Shown here piece by piece: positions 1 to 15,496 of a DNA stretch of 64,000 bases (within the stretch, counting starts at the first letter, position 1; each line of letters opens with the position of its first letter). The position numbers and the translations under genes are program-made. This DNA comes from the human T2T-CHM13v2.0 reference genome, Homo sapiens. Location: assembly GCF_009914755.1 (NCBI RefSeq), contig NC_060933.1. One strand, given 5' to 3'. The notes under the pieces are model-generated. The model was given only the letters and a program-made list of their open reading frames with translations. It did not search any database and was not told where the DNA came from.

Positions 1-510
1 TTTACATTTGGCCACCTCAAAGTAGTTGTAACATTGGGTTGGTCAATTTAAATACTGTGGCTCCTTGTTGGATGGACACAATCTTTACATCCAAACGTTA
101 ATGCATACAAAGCAACATGGCATTGTTAAACAAAACAGCAATACTTACTGAATATTGGGCCTTGTGACCAATTCCATATGATTAAAATTACTTCCCACAT
201 TCACACCCACAGTACTCGTCCACCATTTAAAATCTCAACCAAAACGTTACACATATGAAACAATCACTAACAGGCAAAAATACTAAACCTGTATATTTAG
301 TATTGCAGATACACTTATGCATGAGCAAGGAAGCAATTCACAGTGATGATCTACAGCTGCAGAAGCCTGAAAATGATTTACAAAAATTGTTACATCATTA
401 AAAAATTGTTTGAAAATATACATTTCTTGTTGTAGGCACCCACTGTATACATGACTATAAACATTGTTCCTTATGTAAACAGAAAAGGAAACATATAATA
501 AGAAATTTCA
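1..510 (-). pseudogene. RAP1BP1: Distal 3'UTR part of the RAP1B processed pseudogene (continues beyond the window start)
   Basis: Joins the RAP1B 3'UTR at 6575+ across the L1 target-site duplication (AAGAAATTT at 500-508 and 6575-6583). It is non-repetitive and carries many conserved-family miRNA seed matches on the - strand, as expected of a conserved 3'UTR. The identity is inferred, not aligned. Confidence 0.75.
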
Positions 511-1416
511 GGCAAGGAGCCAAGATGGCCGAATAGGAACAGCTCCGATCTACAGCTCCCAGCGTGAGCTACGCAGAAGACGGGTGATTTCTGCATTTCC
601 ATCTGAGGTACTGGGTTCATCTCACTAGGGAGTGCCAGACAGTGGGCGCAGGTCAGTGGGTGAGCACACCGTGCGCGAGCCGAAGCAGGGCGAGGCATTG
701 CCTCACTCGGGAAGCGCAAGGGGTCAGGGAGTTCCCTTTCCTAGTCAAAGAAAGGGGTGACAGACGGCACCTGGAAAATCGGGTCACTCCCACCCAAATA
801 CTGCGCTTTTCCGACGGGCTTAAAAAACGGTGCAACAGGAGATTATATCCCGCACCTGGCTCGGAGGGTCCTACGCCCACGGAGTCTCGCTGATTGCTAG
901 CACAGCAATCTGAGATCAAACTGCAAGGTGGCAGCGAGGCTGGGGGAGGGGCGCCCGCCATTGCCCAGGCTTGCTTAGGTAAACAAAGCAGCTGGGAAGC
1001 TCGAACTGGGTGGAGCCCACCACAGCTCAAGGAGGCCTGCCTGCCTCTGTAGGCTCCACCTCTGGGGGCAGGGCACAGACAAACAAAAAGACAGCAGTAA
1101 CCTCTGCAGACTTAAATGTCCCTGTCTGACAGCTTTGAAGAGAGCAGTGGTTCTCCCAGCATGCAGCTGGAGATCTGAGAACGGGCAGACTGCCTCCTCA
1201 AGTGGGTCCCTGACCCCTGACCCCCAAGCAGCCTAACTGGGAGGCACCCCCCAGCAGGGGCAGACTGACACCTCACACGGCCGGGTACTCCAACAGACCT
1301 GCAGCTGAGGGTCCTGTCTGTTAGAAGGAAAACTAACAAACAGAAAGGACATCCACACCAAAAACCCATCTGTACATCACCATCATCAAAGACCAAAAGT
1401 AGATAAAACCACAAAG
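511..1416 (+). promoter_or_regulatory. L1 5'UTR bidirectional internal promoter (sense promoter and antisense promoter)
   Basis: Intact YY1 site CAAGATGGCC at 521-530, SOX-type AAACAAA sites at about 981 and 1081, and many CpGs retained. Confidence 0.75.
653..961 (-). CDS. L1 ORF0 (antisense ORF), open, 102 aa
   Basis: ATG at 961-959 gives MAGAPPPASLPPCSLISDCCASNQRDSVGVGPSEPG..., the recognisable ORF0 N-terminus, with no stop until 653. Expression is unknown. Confidence 0.7.
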   Translation of the reverse strand: MAGAPPPASLPPCSLISDCCASNQRDSVGVGPSEPGAGYNLLLHRFLSPSEKRSIWVGVTRFSRCRLSPLSLTRKGNSLTPCASRVRQCLALLRLAHGVLTH

Positions 1417-2435
1417 ATGGGGAAAAAAACAGAACAGAAAAACTGGAAACTCTAAAAAGCAGAGCGCCTCTCCTCCTCCAAAGGATCACAGTTCCTCACC
1501 AGCAACGGAACAAAGCTGGACGGAGAATGACTTTGATGAGCTGAGAGAAGAAGGCTTCAGACAATCAAATTACTCCGAGCTATGGGAGGACATTCAAACC
1601 AAAGGCAAAGAAGTTGAAAACTTTGAAAAAAGATTTAGAAGAATGTATAACTAGAATAACCAATACAGAGAAGTGCTTAAAGGAGCTGATGGAGCTGAAA
1701 ACCAAGGCTCCAGAACTACGTGAAGAATGCAGAAGCCTCAGGAGCCGATGCGATCAACTGGAAGAAAGGGTATCAGCGATGGAAGATGAAATGAATGAAA
1801 TGAAGCGAGAAGGGAAGTTTAGAGAAGAAAGAATCAAAAGAAATGAGCAAAGCCTCCAAGAAATATGGGACTATGTGAAAAGACCAAATCTATGTCTGAT
1901 TGGTGTACCTGAAAGTGACGGGGAGAATGGAACCAAGTTGGAAAACACTCTGCAGGATATTATCCAGGAGAACTTCCCCAATTTAGCAAGGCAGGCCAAC
2001 ATTCAGATTCAGGAAATACAGAGAACGCCACAAAGATACTCCTCGAGAAGAATAACTCCAAGACACATAATTGTCAGATTCACCAACATTGAAATGAAGG
2101 AAAAAATGTTAAGGGCAGCCAGAGAGAAAGGTCGGGTTACCCTCAAAGGGAAGCCCATCAGACTAACAGCGGATCTCTCTGCAGAAACCCTACAAGCCAG
2201 AAGAGAGTGGGGGCCAATATTCAACATTCTTAAAGAAAAGAATTTTCAACCCAGAATTTCATATCCAGCCAAACTAAGCTTCATAAATGAAGAAGAAATA
2301 AAATACTTTACAGACAAGCAAATGCTGAGAGATTTTGTCACCACCAGGCCTGCCCTAAAAGAGCTCCTGAAGGAAGCGCTAAACATGGAAAGGAACAACC
2401 GGTACCAGCCGCTGCAAAATCATGCCAAAATGTAA
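1417..2435 (+). pseudogene. L1 ORF1p, frameshifted
   Basis: ATGGGGAAAAAAAC has one extra A, and there is a second +1 near 1630. The C-terminal part (...ERNNRYQPLQNHAKM*) is in the 1614-2435 ORF. Confidence 0.92.
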
Positions 2436-2498
2436 AGACCATCGAGACTGGGAAGAAACTGCATCAACTAATGAGCAAAATAACCAGCTAACATCATA

Positions 2499-6385
<3,887 letters not shown>

Positions 6386-6507
6386 TAGCATTGGGAGATA
6401 TACCTAATGCCAGATGACAAGTTAGTGGGTACAGCGCACCAGCATGGCACATGTATACCTATGTAACTAACCTGCACATTGTGCACATGTACCCTAAAAC
6501 TTAAAGT

Positions 6508-6574
6508 ATAATAATAATAATAATAATAATAAATAAAATAAAATAAAATAAAAATTTTAAAAAAATAAAAAATA
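6508..6574 (+). repeat. L1 poly(A) tail converted to (TAA)n/(TAAAA)n microsatellite
   Basis: TAATAATAATAATAATAATAATAAATAAAATAAAATAAAATAAAA directly after the L1 3' end. Confidence 0.9.
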
Positions 6575-7963
6575 AAGAAATTTGAAAAGTCTGCCCATTT
6601 CCTTCCCAACAGATATTAAAGGCAATCTGTTGAAGACATTATACTGAAAGGACTATCATATTTTAAAGACAAGATCACTGTCTCCATAGGTTTTTGAAAC
6701 ATTTTTAAAAACTATATAGCTGTATTAATTAGAGCACTTATTTTCTACAATAATAGTGACCTTAAATTTCTTTAAAAAAATTACAATAAGCTACAAGTAT
6801 CAAAGAAGCAAAGTCATCTAGAGTAGTCTACATAGGAGCTCTTTGGACTTTCTTTTATTATGGTAAAATAGTGGTGCTTTTAGGATTTACATTATTGTAC
6901 TCTCCAATACAAAGTATGAGTGAGGGTTAGAGTATACAGTACACCATTTTCATACATGTACAACGTGGGTGGATGAAGAATGTCTCTTAGCAGTAATACT
7001 GGATGTAGTCTCTGCTTTTACCAGCTGCATAATCTAGGACTATTATATAAGTAAAAATCTCTCTTGTGAAGCTTGAAAGTGATTAGAATGTGCAAACTGA
7101 TATAGTAGCTTTCATATGCTCTTAAAGGGTACCACCACAGGAAAGTCCATTTAAGATGCTGGTAGGTTTAACAAAGTTGGAGTGTTGGCACTATTGAATT
7201 GGACAACAGTTCTTCAGAGCTGACTCAGAGCTGCAATGCACTTAGTACATTAAAGCAGCTGACATGATGACTTTTTGCGAGCCTTCCCAGGCACTGGAGT
7301 TTTTCTGTTAATCTGCCGCACTAGGTCATAAAAGATCTCATTAACATTTATTTTGAATTTTGTAGAAGAATCTAAGAATGCACAGTTGTTCCATTGTCTT
7401 GCTAGATTTTTGACCTTCTTCCTTCCCTACAGCTCTTTCATCTTCCAAGTCATACTTATTACCAACAAGAATCATTGGAACATCATCAGTGTCTTTAACT
7501 CAAAGAATCTGTTCTCTCAAGTCTTGCAAATCATTAAATGTGGACTGTGCTTTGATGGAATAAACTAATGCAAAGCCTTGTCCATTTCTCATGTACAAAT
7601 CCCTCCTTGCTATACATTGTTCCGTTCCTGCAGTATCCAAGATTGCAAGCATACACTGTTGTGCATCTACTTCAACTTGCTTTCTATAAGAATCTTCTAT
7701 CATAGGACATATTTTTCAACAAAAATTCCTTGAACAAATTGTACATTCAAAGCAGACTTTCCAACGCCTCCTGGGCCAAGAATGACTAGCTTATACTCAT
7801 GCATGATGCAAACTTGTCGAAACCTAGTACCTCTCACGCTGTCACCGGGTTCCCGCAGCCAGTGTCACTCCCTCCGGGTTGCTACTCTCGGCACCACAGC
7901 AGTCCTGCCGCTGCCGCCGCCGCTCCAGCTGGTTTACACACCTGACTCTGGGCGAGGTTTGGC
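6575..7963 (-). pseudogene. RAP1BP1: RAP1B processed pseudogene: 5'UTR, intronless disabled CDS (7804-7250) and proximal 3'UTR
   Basis: The reverse strand reads [19 protein letters not shown]...DTAGTEQ...[18 protein letters not shown], with the RAP1B-specific C-terminus and no introns. Lesions are a 1-nt deletion at about 7708, CGA>TGA at 7500-7502 and a +1 A at about 7408. A GC-rich spliced 5'UTR extends to about 7963. The pseudogene number is from memory of the locus. Confidence 0.93.
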
Positions 7964-8610
7964 ATTGTCCAGAAGGGCCTAAGTTCTATCAAGAAGGAGT
8001 TCACAAAGTGGAAACACAGGTCACATCACTTACACACCTTCACACACACACCTGATCCAGTCACTTTCAAGTAAAGCATGTGACAAGCCCACGGTCACTT
8101 CCTGCCTCAGGATCGTTGACCCAATTTCATAAGGTTTTCAACAGCTGAATAAAGGCAAAATATGTTTTATTTTAGAGTCTCATTTAGAATCTCTTGAATA
8201 CTACCAAACAGGTAAATGAGTTAAAAATTTAATTTCTAAGATAACCACAGCTCTAGATTCTGTATGGGATAGAAAGCTACATCCAGTGACTTCTCATCAC
8301 TACCTTAATAATACTAGACTATTCCAGTGGGAAGTATCAGTGATTATATCAACTGTTTCTTATGAAGTGTTTGGCTGTGTCGTCATACCATGAATTTCAA
8401 ATGGCTCATCCCATCTACAACCAAGAGAACACCCTGCAGTCAGCATTACAGAATATGATGGAATAATTTGAATGTCTAATAGAAATCTCAAATGCTCCAC
8501 CCTGAACTGGCCATGATATATTTAAATTAAATTTTGAAGCTCATAAACAATTTAGAAAAAAGAAAATGTAAAGATACCATCACAGCCACAGGGTAAATAT
8601 TGTGATTCTT

Positions 8611-8956
<346 letters not shown>

Positions 8957-9494
8957 TAAAAAATGTTTAATTTCTCAGACTTACAAAGAAGAAAGGTGAT
9001 TTGGACTCCAGCTGAGTCACTTTTTAAATGATGGCCTTCCTAAGTGGACTAGATCAATGTCACATCAACCTAGGAAGTATTAGCTGATGATTGAGCTGAT
9101 GACTTCTTGGAGAAACACAGCATACGTGGGAGGAGAGCAGCATGGTGGGTCAACTGTACTATACTAGGTAGTATCTGATGAAGCAATGCAGAAAATAAAG
9201 CAAGGCAATATATGTGTATTTATGTATATTGCTAATTACATGGATAGTCCCAGACTCTACTATAACTATATATAAATGTCCAGCTATAGATAGGTATCTT
9301 TAAATGTAAGTATCTTTATATACACAGCTATGTATGTCTGAAGGCAAATTAGTGAGAATGTCCTGTCTTGCCTCTTCACTCAAACTGAGCTCTGCTGAAA
9401 TGATTCCAGACAAATGTCTAGGTTATTCCTAAAGATCTCCAGGGAAGTAGATATGACAGCCTCTTAATATTTTTAAATATTAAGTCTATCAGTC

Positions 9495-9720
9495 AGTACT
9501 AAGGGCACAGCCATCCTCAGCTTTACCATTTACAACTGTATGAACTTAAGCAGGTCTTTTCACCCTTCCCAGCCTGTTTTCTTATCTGTTAAATGGGAAT
9601 AAAAATAGTGCTTACTTTGTGCAGTTGTTGAGAGGACTGAATGATGCATGCCAAGCTCTTAGCGTTGGTACCTGGTTAATAATGGGCATCCTGTATATGT
9701 TAGCTACTGTTATTATGACT
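9495..9720 (+). mobile_element. MIR
   Basis: MIR core-like sequence (CCTGTTTTCTTATCTGTTAAATGGGAATAAAAATAG...GAGGACTGAATGA). Confidence 0.6.
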
Positions 9721-9762
9721 GGGCATCAAAATGAAATGTCTGGTCATTACATTGCTCATTTA

Positions 9763-10148
<386 letters not shown>

Positions 10149-10812
10149 TCAAACTCCTGTTTCACTAGCTCTGAGTCAGGGCCTGCGGGTGTCAGTGGGA
10201 AGGTTGTTTTCCACGGCTGTGGTTATTATGCATCTTATTCTCCTTCTTTGTTCCAACTTCCAAGGCTGCCCTAGGTCACAAAAGAAATGAACCAGAATCA
10301 GAAGGCAAACAGCAAAGACTGGAGTCCTAGATTCAAGACCTCAAGAGCCCAGCAGTTTACAGAATTCTGGATATAAAACATGGCCTTGGGCCTCCCTTCC
10401 AAATACAACGATTTCCTTTCAATTAAAATATAAGATGTGAAGGTTTTGGGCCCCTTTTTTGCCACCCTGTGCTCCTTGTTCATTGAAGTATCACGTTCCA
10501 GCATTGGTGGCATTAGCCTCGTGGCATTTTTTTAAGCATTTCAAGAGTCTAGGTAGCAGCCTCTCTTCTGTGGGGGAGTTGCCCTCCTCAAGGAGCATGC
10601 TCACAGAGGCAACAAGCTTATGAATACTTTCTCCCAGCTCAAGTGATGCTTGACAAGATTGGCAGTCCTGGGCTTTAAACTGCCATCTCTGACATACAGC
10701 GAGAGTCCTACAGAACACAGGGACCTCCCACCAGCTGCCTTGTCTACACTTCATCACCCCCCACACACACACCCACTTTGCACTCTGGCCTGACCGTGTG
10801 ATTTGTACACAG

Positions 10813-10942
10813 GTGTCCAGGAGGCTGTGGTGAGCTGCTTGAACAAACAGACTCGGGAGCCTGCTGAGGAGAACCTGTGCGTGACCAGCCGCCGGCCCCC
10901 ACAGCTCCTGAAGTCCTGCAATTTGGATCCCTGCCCAGCAAG
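10813..10942 (+). CDS. ADAMTSL1: ADAMTSL1 internal coding exon (130 nt, TSR C-terminal half): (G)VQEAVVSCLNKQTREPAEENLCVTSRRPPQLLKSCNLDPCPA(R)
   Basis: ACAG|GT acceptor and AG|GTAAGG donor, phase 1 to phase 2. Shows a TSR cysteine pattern and splices in frame to 42280. Confidence 0.95.
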
Positions 10943-12277
10943 GTAAGGGATGTGTGGCCTGCCCTGCTGTCCAGGGGCACGTACAGAACTGGGCGCATCT
11001 TTCAGTGGGCAAGACTGTAACACTTATTTGTTACTCAGTGTTTTGAAAACCAATTAGCATCAGTTCAAACTTTTAGTCAAATCCACTTAAGTTTAATTGA
11101 AACCAGGGCTTTGGAATTCTAGCCCAGTCAATGGTCATGCCAGAATCTGGAAGATACCGTGCATTCACTTGAGCCTGTGGCATGGCTGGTATGTGTGTGT
11201 GCCACGCAGTTGCTTTCCCCTAAAGGGAACATGAGGTGACAACAGACTTCATGGGCTCTGCCACCTTTTAGCCTGTGTCCTAAGCACTCACACCATAGTA
11301 ATGAACTGGTCTGTGAATTGCAGAATATAAGGGCCTGAAGCAACTGGGTGGTATAATTGATCCACTGTGAAATCTATATGCACACAGCATGCAGATTCAT
11401 CGTAGCATGCTCTGGGGGTGTGTGTGTCATTCCACATGCGTAAAATCAATTAGAGCATTTCATTGTTCAGCCCTGCCTGGGTCTCATTATTAGCCAACAT
11501 TGAGTCACAGCCTTGATTGAATTAATCAATCCAATCACTGCTTCAGTCCCTACAATTTTATGGTGTCTTGAGAAACTTGCCTTCTAGATACTTCTTTTTG
11601 AGCAAATCTCATCTATGGGTTTGGAAGGGAGACGTTTAAGAACTAAATCCAGACTTTCAAATCTGCTGATGGAATGAAGAAATGTTGCTGAATAGGGTCA
11701 GATCCTAGATAAAAGGGGGAATGCTGATTTTGAATGATAGTTTTTCTCTTTCTGCAAAGTGTGTCATGTAAGAAGTAGTTAATACCTGTATTGCTGTCAG
11801 GCATTAACAATAGTTTGCTGGTCACGATGATGCACTGCTTGTATTATTTCCCAGCTGGCTAGATTCCTTTCTTTGGGACTTGGAGGGTACAGATCATAGT
11901 CCTCCTCCAATCACATGGAGGCACATCCCATGGTGACACTCCTCCTGCTAGTCACCAGAGTTGTTCTGTATGATGATCTGAATGGTGGACCAGGGCATTC
12001 CCCTCTTCAAATACAGAAGTTAAGAGGGCAACTCATGCTATATTCTCCAAGGCAACCATAAAATCAGTCAGCCACTGCTTTGGAGAAGCACCCAACCCAT
12101 GAGAACAGCAGTCAACAAGATAGAGTCAAAGTCAGGTCCTGTACATGAAATCCTGAGTAACCTCGTTTTCTATCCCTGCCCCACCTGGTTCCACATTTCT
12201 GTCCTAACTTCGCAGCTCTCTAGTTGTTGAGCCTAAATGTGTGGGCAAAGGGCACCAACTTTTCTATTTGACTACAG

Positions 12278-13200
12278 TCCTGTCATCTAGGAAGAAGCAG
12301 TATCGACTCAGCATGGAACGCCTGCAACGTTCTTTGTTAGGCAACCAAGAGGCCTGGCTTCTCATCCTGCTGTCACCAACTAGCTCTGTGGCCTAGGGCG
12401 AGGTGTCTGCCCTTTATGTTTCCACATCTGCAAAGTGAACTGGTTGTACCTGATGATCTGAGATCCCATGACTTGCTCACATGTCCCATGATTCTTTATT
12501 TTGTAGGCAGAAGCATTAAACAGCTACTCCTGCTGCTGTGTGCTAATCATTCCTGTAATTTCTGTTCTGCTTATTTGCCATTATTTGAAAAACATGCAAA
12601 AGGGTCTTTCTAACCACATTCCTGTGTTGTAACAACACCCAAATGCTGAGGCAGTGCCGAGGAGTCAGTGCCTGGGACTTGCTTAAAACTGCTGGGACTC
12701 GTGGTCCCTAAACCCTTCTTTGAGCACCAAAACGAATAGGACATGAGATGTTACTTCTCATTCTCAAAGTACTAACTATGTTTAAGTTACAAAAGGTTAG
12801 GTTATCCTGTGACCCTTTTGTTGACTCACAGACAAGAACAGTTGTTGAGCTTAATGTTGTCGCATTTGCTCCAGATAAACTCAATTCTCTGATTTCCCAC
12901 CAGCCAGCTGTCAAGCCAACAGGCAAGACCTCTCACTGGGCACAGCCAGGAGTTTCTTGGGTCGACCATACACATTTAAACATTTGTAGAAGGTTGCTAA
13001 TTGCAACAATAAAGGGGACCAAAGTATAATGGCCTAATCTCATCCAAGAGTCAAAACAGATTTTCCCCCTAAAAATGATAATTGTATAGAGGTGCCTTTC
13101 CTGTGGAATATCTCACTCTGATGTCAGAGAAAAATCTCTCCTTCCCTTCTCCTGGTGTTCAATGTATACAGAAAATAAAATGTGTTTGGTAGGAGCATAA
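12278..13200 (+). other. ADAMTSL1: Probable ADAMTSL1 alternative terminal exon with short coding tail and 3'UTR
   Basis: Pyrimidine tract followed by AGs ending at 12277, 12290, 12294, 12297 and 12300. Possible tails include SPVI* or RSSIDSAWNACNVLC*, and a poly(A) signal lies at 13174. Confidence 0.6.
12292..12470 (+). mobile_element. MIR/MIR3 overlapping the alternative last exon
   Basis: ...CACCAACTAGCTCTGTGGCCTAGGGCGAG...GTTTCCACATCTGCAAAGTGA...TGATGATCTGAGATCCC resembles the MIR core and the MIR3-type end. Confidence 0.55.
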
Positions 13201-13215
13201 TAGTGTGTTGTTTTC
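13163..13215 (+). terminator. Intronic polyadenylation site
   Basis: TGTA at 13163, AATAAA at 13174-13179, CA at about 13196 and a GT/T-rich downstream element GTGTGTTGTTTT at about 13203-13214. A second AATAAA lies at 13008-13013. Confidence 0.65.
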
Positions 13216-14186
13216 CCACACAACCCACAACCTCTGTTCTGTTGGGAGCAATTTAGGTCTTTAATTCACAATTCTTACTCCACATGGTTCAGCGTTCCCT
13301 GTACATTTTTGTGTGTCTTCTGATGGGATGCAAGTTTCTAGACCGTGTCCTTTGGGGTCTTGGTCTGTGCTGCTATGCATGTGTTTAAAAAAATACCATA
13401 GCATTTTCAGTGGGACATAACAAAATGACATTTCAAGTCTTAGTCACTGGGCCTTTGTCTCTGAGAGGTCACCCCCTGGTTAAGATAAATAGCTTTCCCA
13501 GGCAGTTGTTAGTCCCACTGAACACCAGTTAGGGAGCCACTTTTTTTCTTGTATGTAGTCAGAATTATCAGATCACATGGAGAATACCAAAGGCCCTAGA
13601 GGGCAAGTCCAATCTGCTTAGCCAGGCTTTCTAAGATTAAACTTGGCTTCTCTTGACTCTGTGTGATGGCAGGGATTGTTTCAGAAGCACATGTCTAACT
13701 TTCACCAGGTTTAGGCAAATACATCCTCATACCTGGTTATTCACAATAGGAAGATGTCTTCTCAAGCTGGAGGTATTCTGACTGTTCCAATTTGTGTGTT
13801 TGTGTGCATGTAGTGCCTACATTTTTTAGAACACTTTTTAAAAATAGTCATTTTCTGTTAGAAGAGTACTAGATTTTAGAGTTCTTGCTATCAGCTTTGT
13901 GTCTGAATCCTCCTTTCTATATTTCTGACACCTAGTATAATGTTTGACACATAGTAGATGATTATTAAGTGTTTATTATATAAATGAGTATGAAGGACCA
14001 GGGCCAAATTTATAGGTAGCAATGTTTGGACCATATTATCAATGACAGCTGGGAAGACCTCAGTGCTTTCCCTCCTCTGCATCCTCCTTATCCCTTCTCT
14101 CCAACCTTCCAGATGCTGTTGATCCTTTCCTTAAGCTTAAGGATTTAAATGCCAACTTAAAACATAAATAGCCTCAGGATTGAACC

Positions 14187-14482
<296 letters not shown>

Positions 14483-15496
14483 AGGATTGAACCTTTTATG
14501 TTATCATGTATGTATGGCAAAGTATCCCCCAAGTAAGGATACAAGGACAAGCTTTAATAGAAAAGAGAGGGACAGATGGAGGTTAAGTAAGTTATAGGCA
14601 TTACCCAGGGAGGAGTTTGATTGTCGGGAAAGATGGAAAGTAGTATATGGAAGACAGATGTTAATCCCTTCACAACTTTGCCTAAGATTAACCATAAGCA
14701 GTTAGGACCATTTTTGCTTGTGAGCTGCCAGTGAGAATTTTCCATCAAAGTTAATGAGTAATTTGTGTGTCTAAAAGCCATATCATCCACCCAGTCCTTC
14801 AGTGGTGAAACCAGCTCGAGGGAGAAATACCCAAAAAGGACCTAAGATCAGTCATTAAAAAAGAAATCAGCCTCCTATTCCTAATAAGGAGGTTTTCTGT
14901 GTTATAATTATACAAGGAATACATGAATATTCTCATTCTTTAAAACTCAAGCACAGCAGAATAAAAAAAAAAGAAAGGTATACCTTCCCTTATCACCACC
15001 ATCTTCTTCAGTTCTAGTTCCTTCTTATACCCAGAGATAACCATTGTTAATGCTTTGCTACATACACTTCCAGATAGTTTTCTATGAATTTATATACATA
15101 TAAGAAGATATACAAATAGATAAAGCTTTTTCCCTTTGTAAATGGGATTTTATTTTGTATATTGTTGGGAAATTTGATTTTGCCATTTAATATTATGCAC
15201 TAAAAATCTTTTACATCCCTGAGACACCAAAATAAAAGAACCAGCACATTGATTTAGACCTACTCTGTCACTTTCAGCTATCTGACCTTCAAGAGGCCAT
15301 ACACCTTTTGAATCCTCAATTTTCTCATCTCTGAAATAGGAACATAGTAGGCACTCAAAAAAATTCATTATCTTCTCCTTTCTTTTCATTTTCAAACTAG
15401 TACTTCTAGTTTAAAAGAAAACGTGATTTTTAAAAATTCAGGACTTAAATTTTATTAGATGTTTTTATTTAACTAAAGTCTTAATACTTAAGCTTC

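Noticed and set aside
7500-7703. 67-aa Ras-like ORF
   Set aside because: Fragment of the RAP1B pseudogene between a frameshift and a premature stop. It lacks the P-loop and CAAX.
10491-11023. Long - strand ORFs (up to 173 aa) over the first exon
   Set aside because: Antisense shadow of a GC-rich coding exon, with no recognisable protein.
12295-12390. The alternative tail WNACNVLC*..CCHQL mirrors the W-x2-C-x3-C and later C-x-H-x-L spacing of the next TSR exon, suggesting a decayed duplicate exon
   Set aside because: The nucleotide sequence resembles a MIR SINE rather than the 42280 exon, so the peptide similarity is most likely coincidental.
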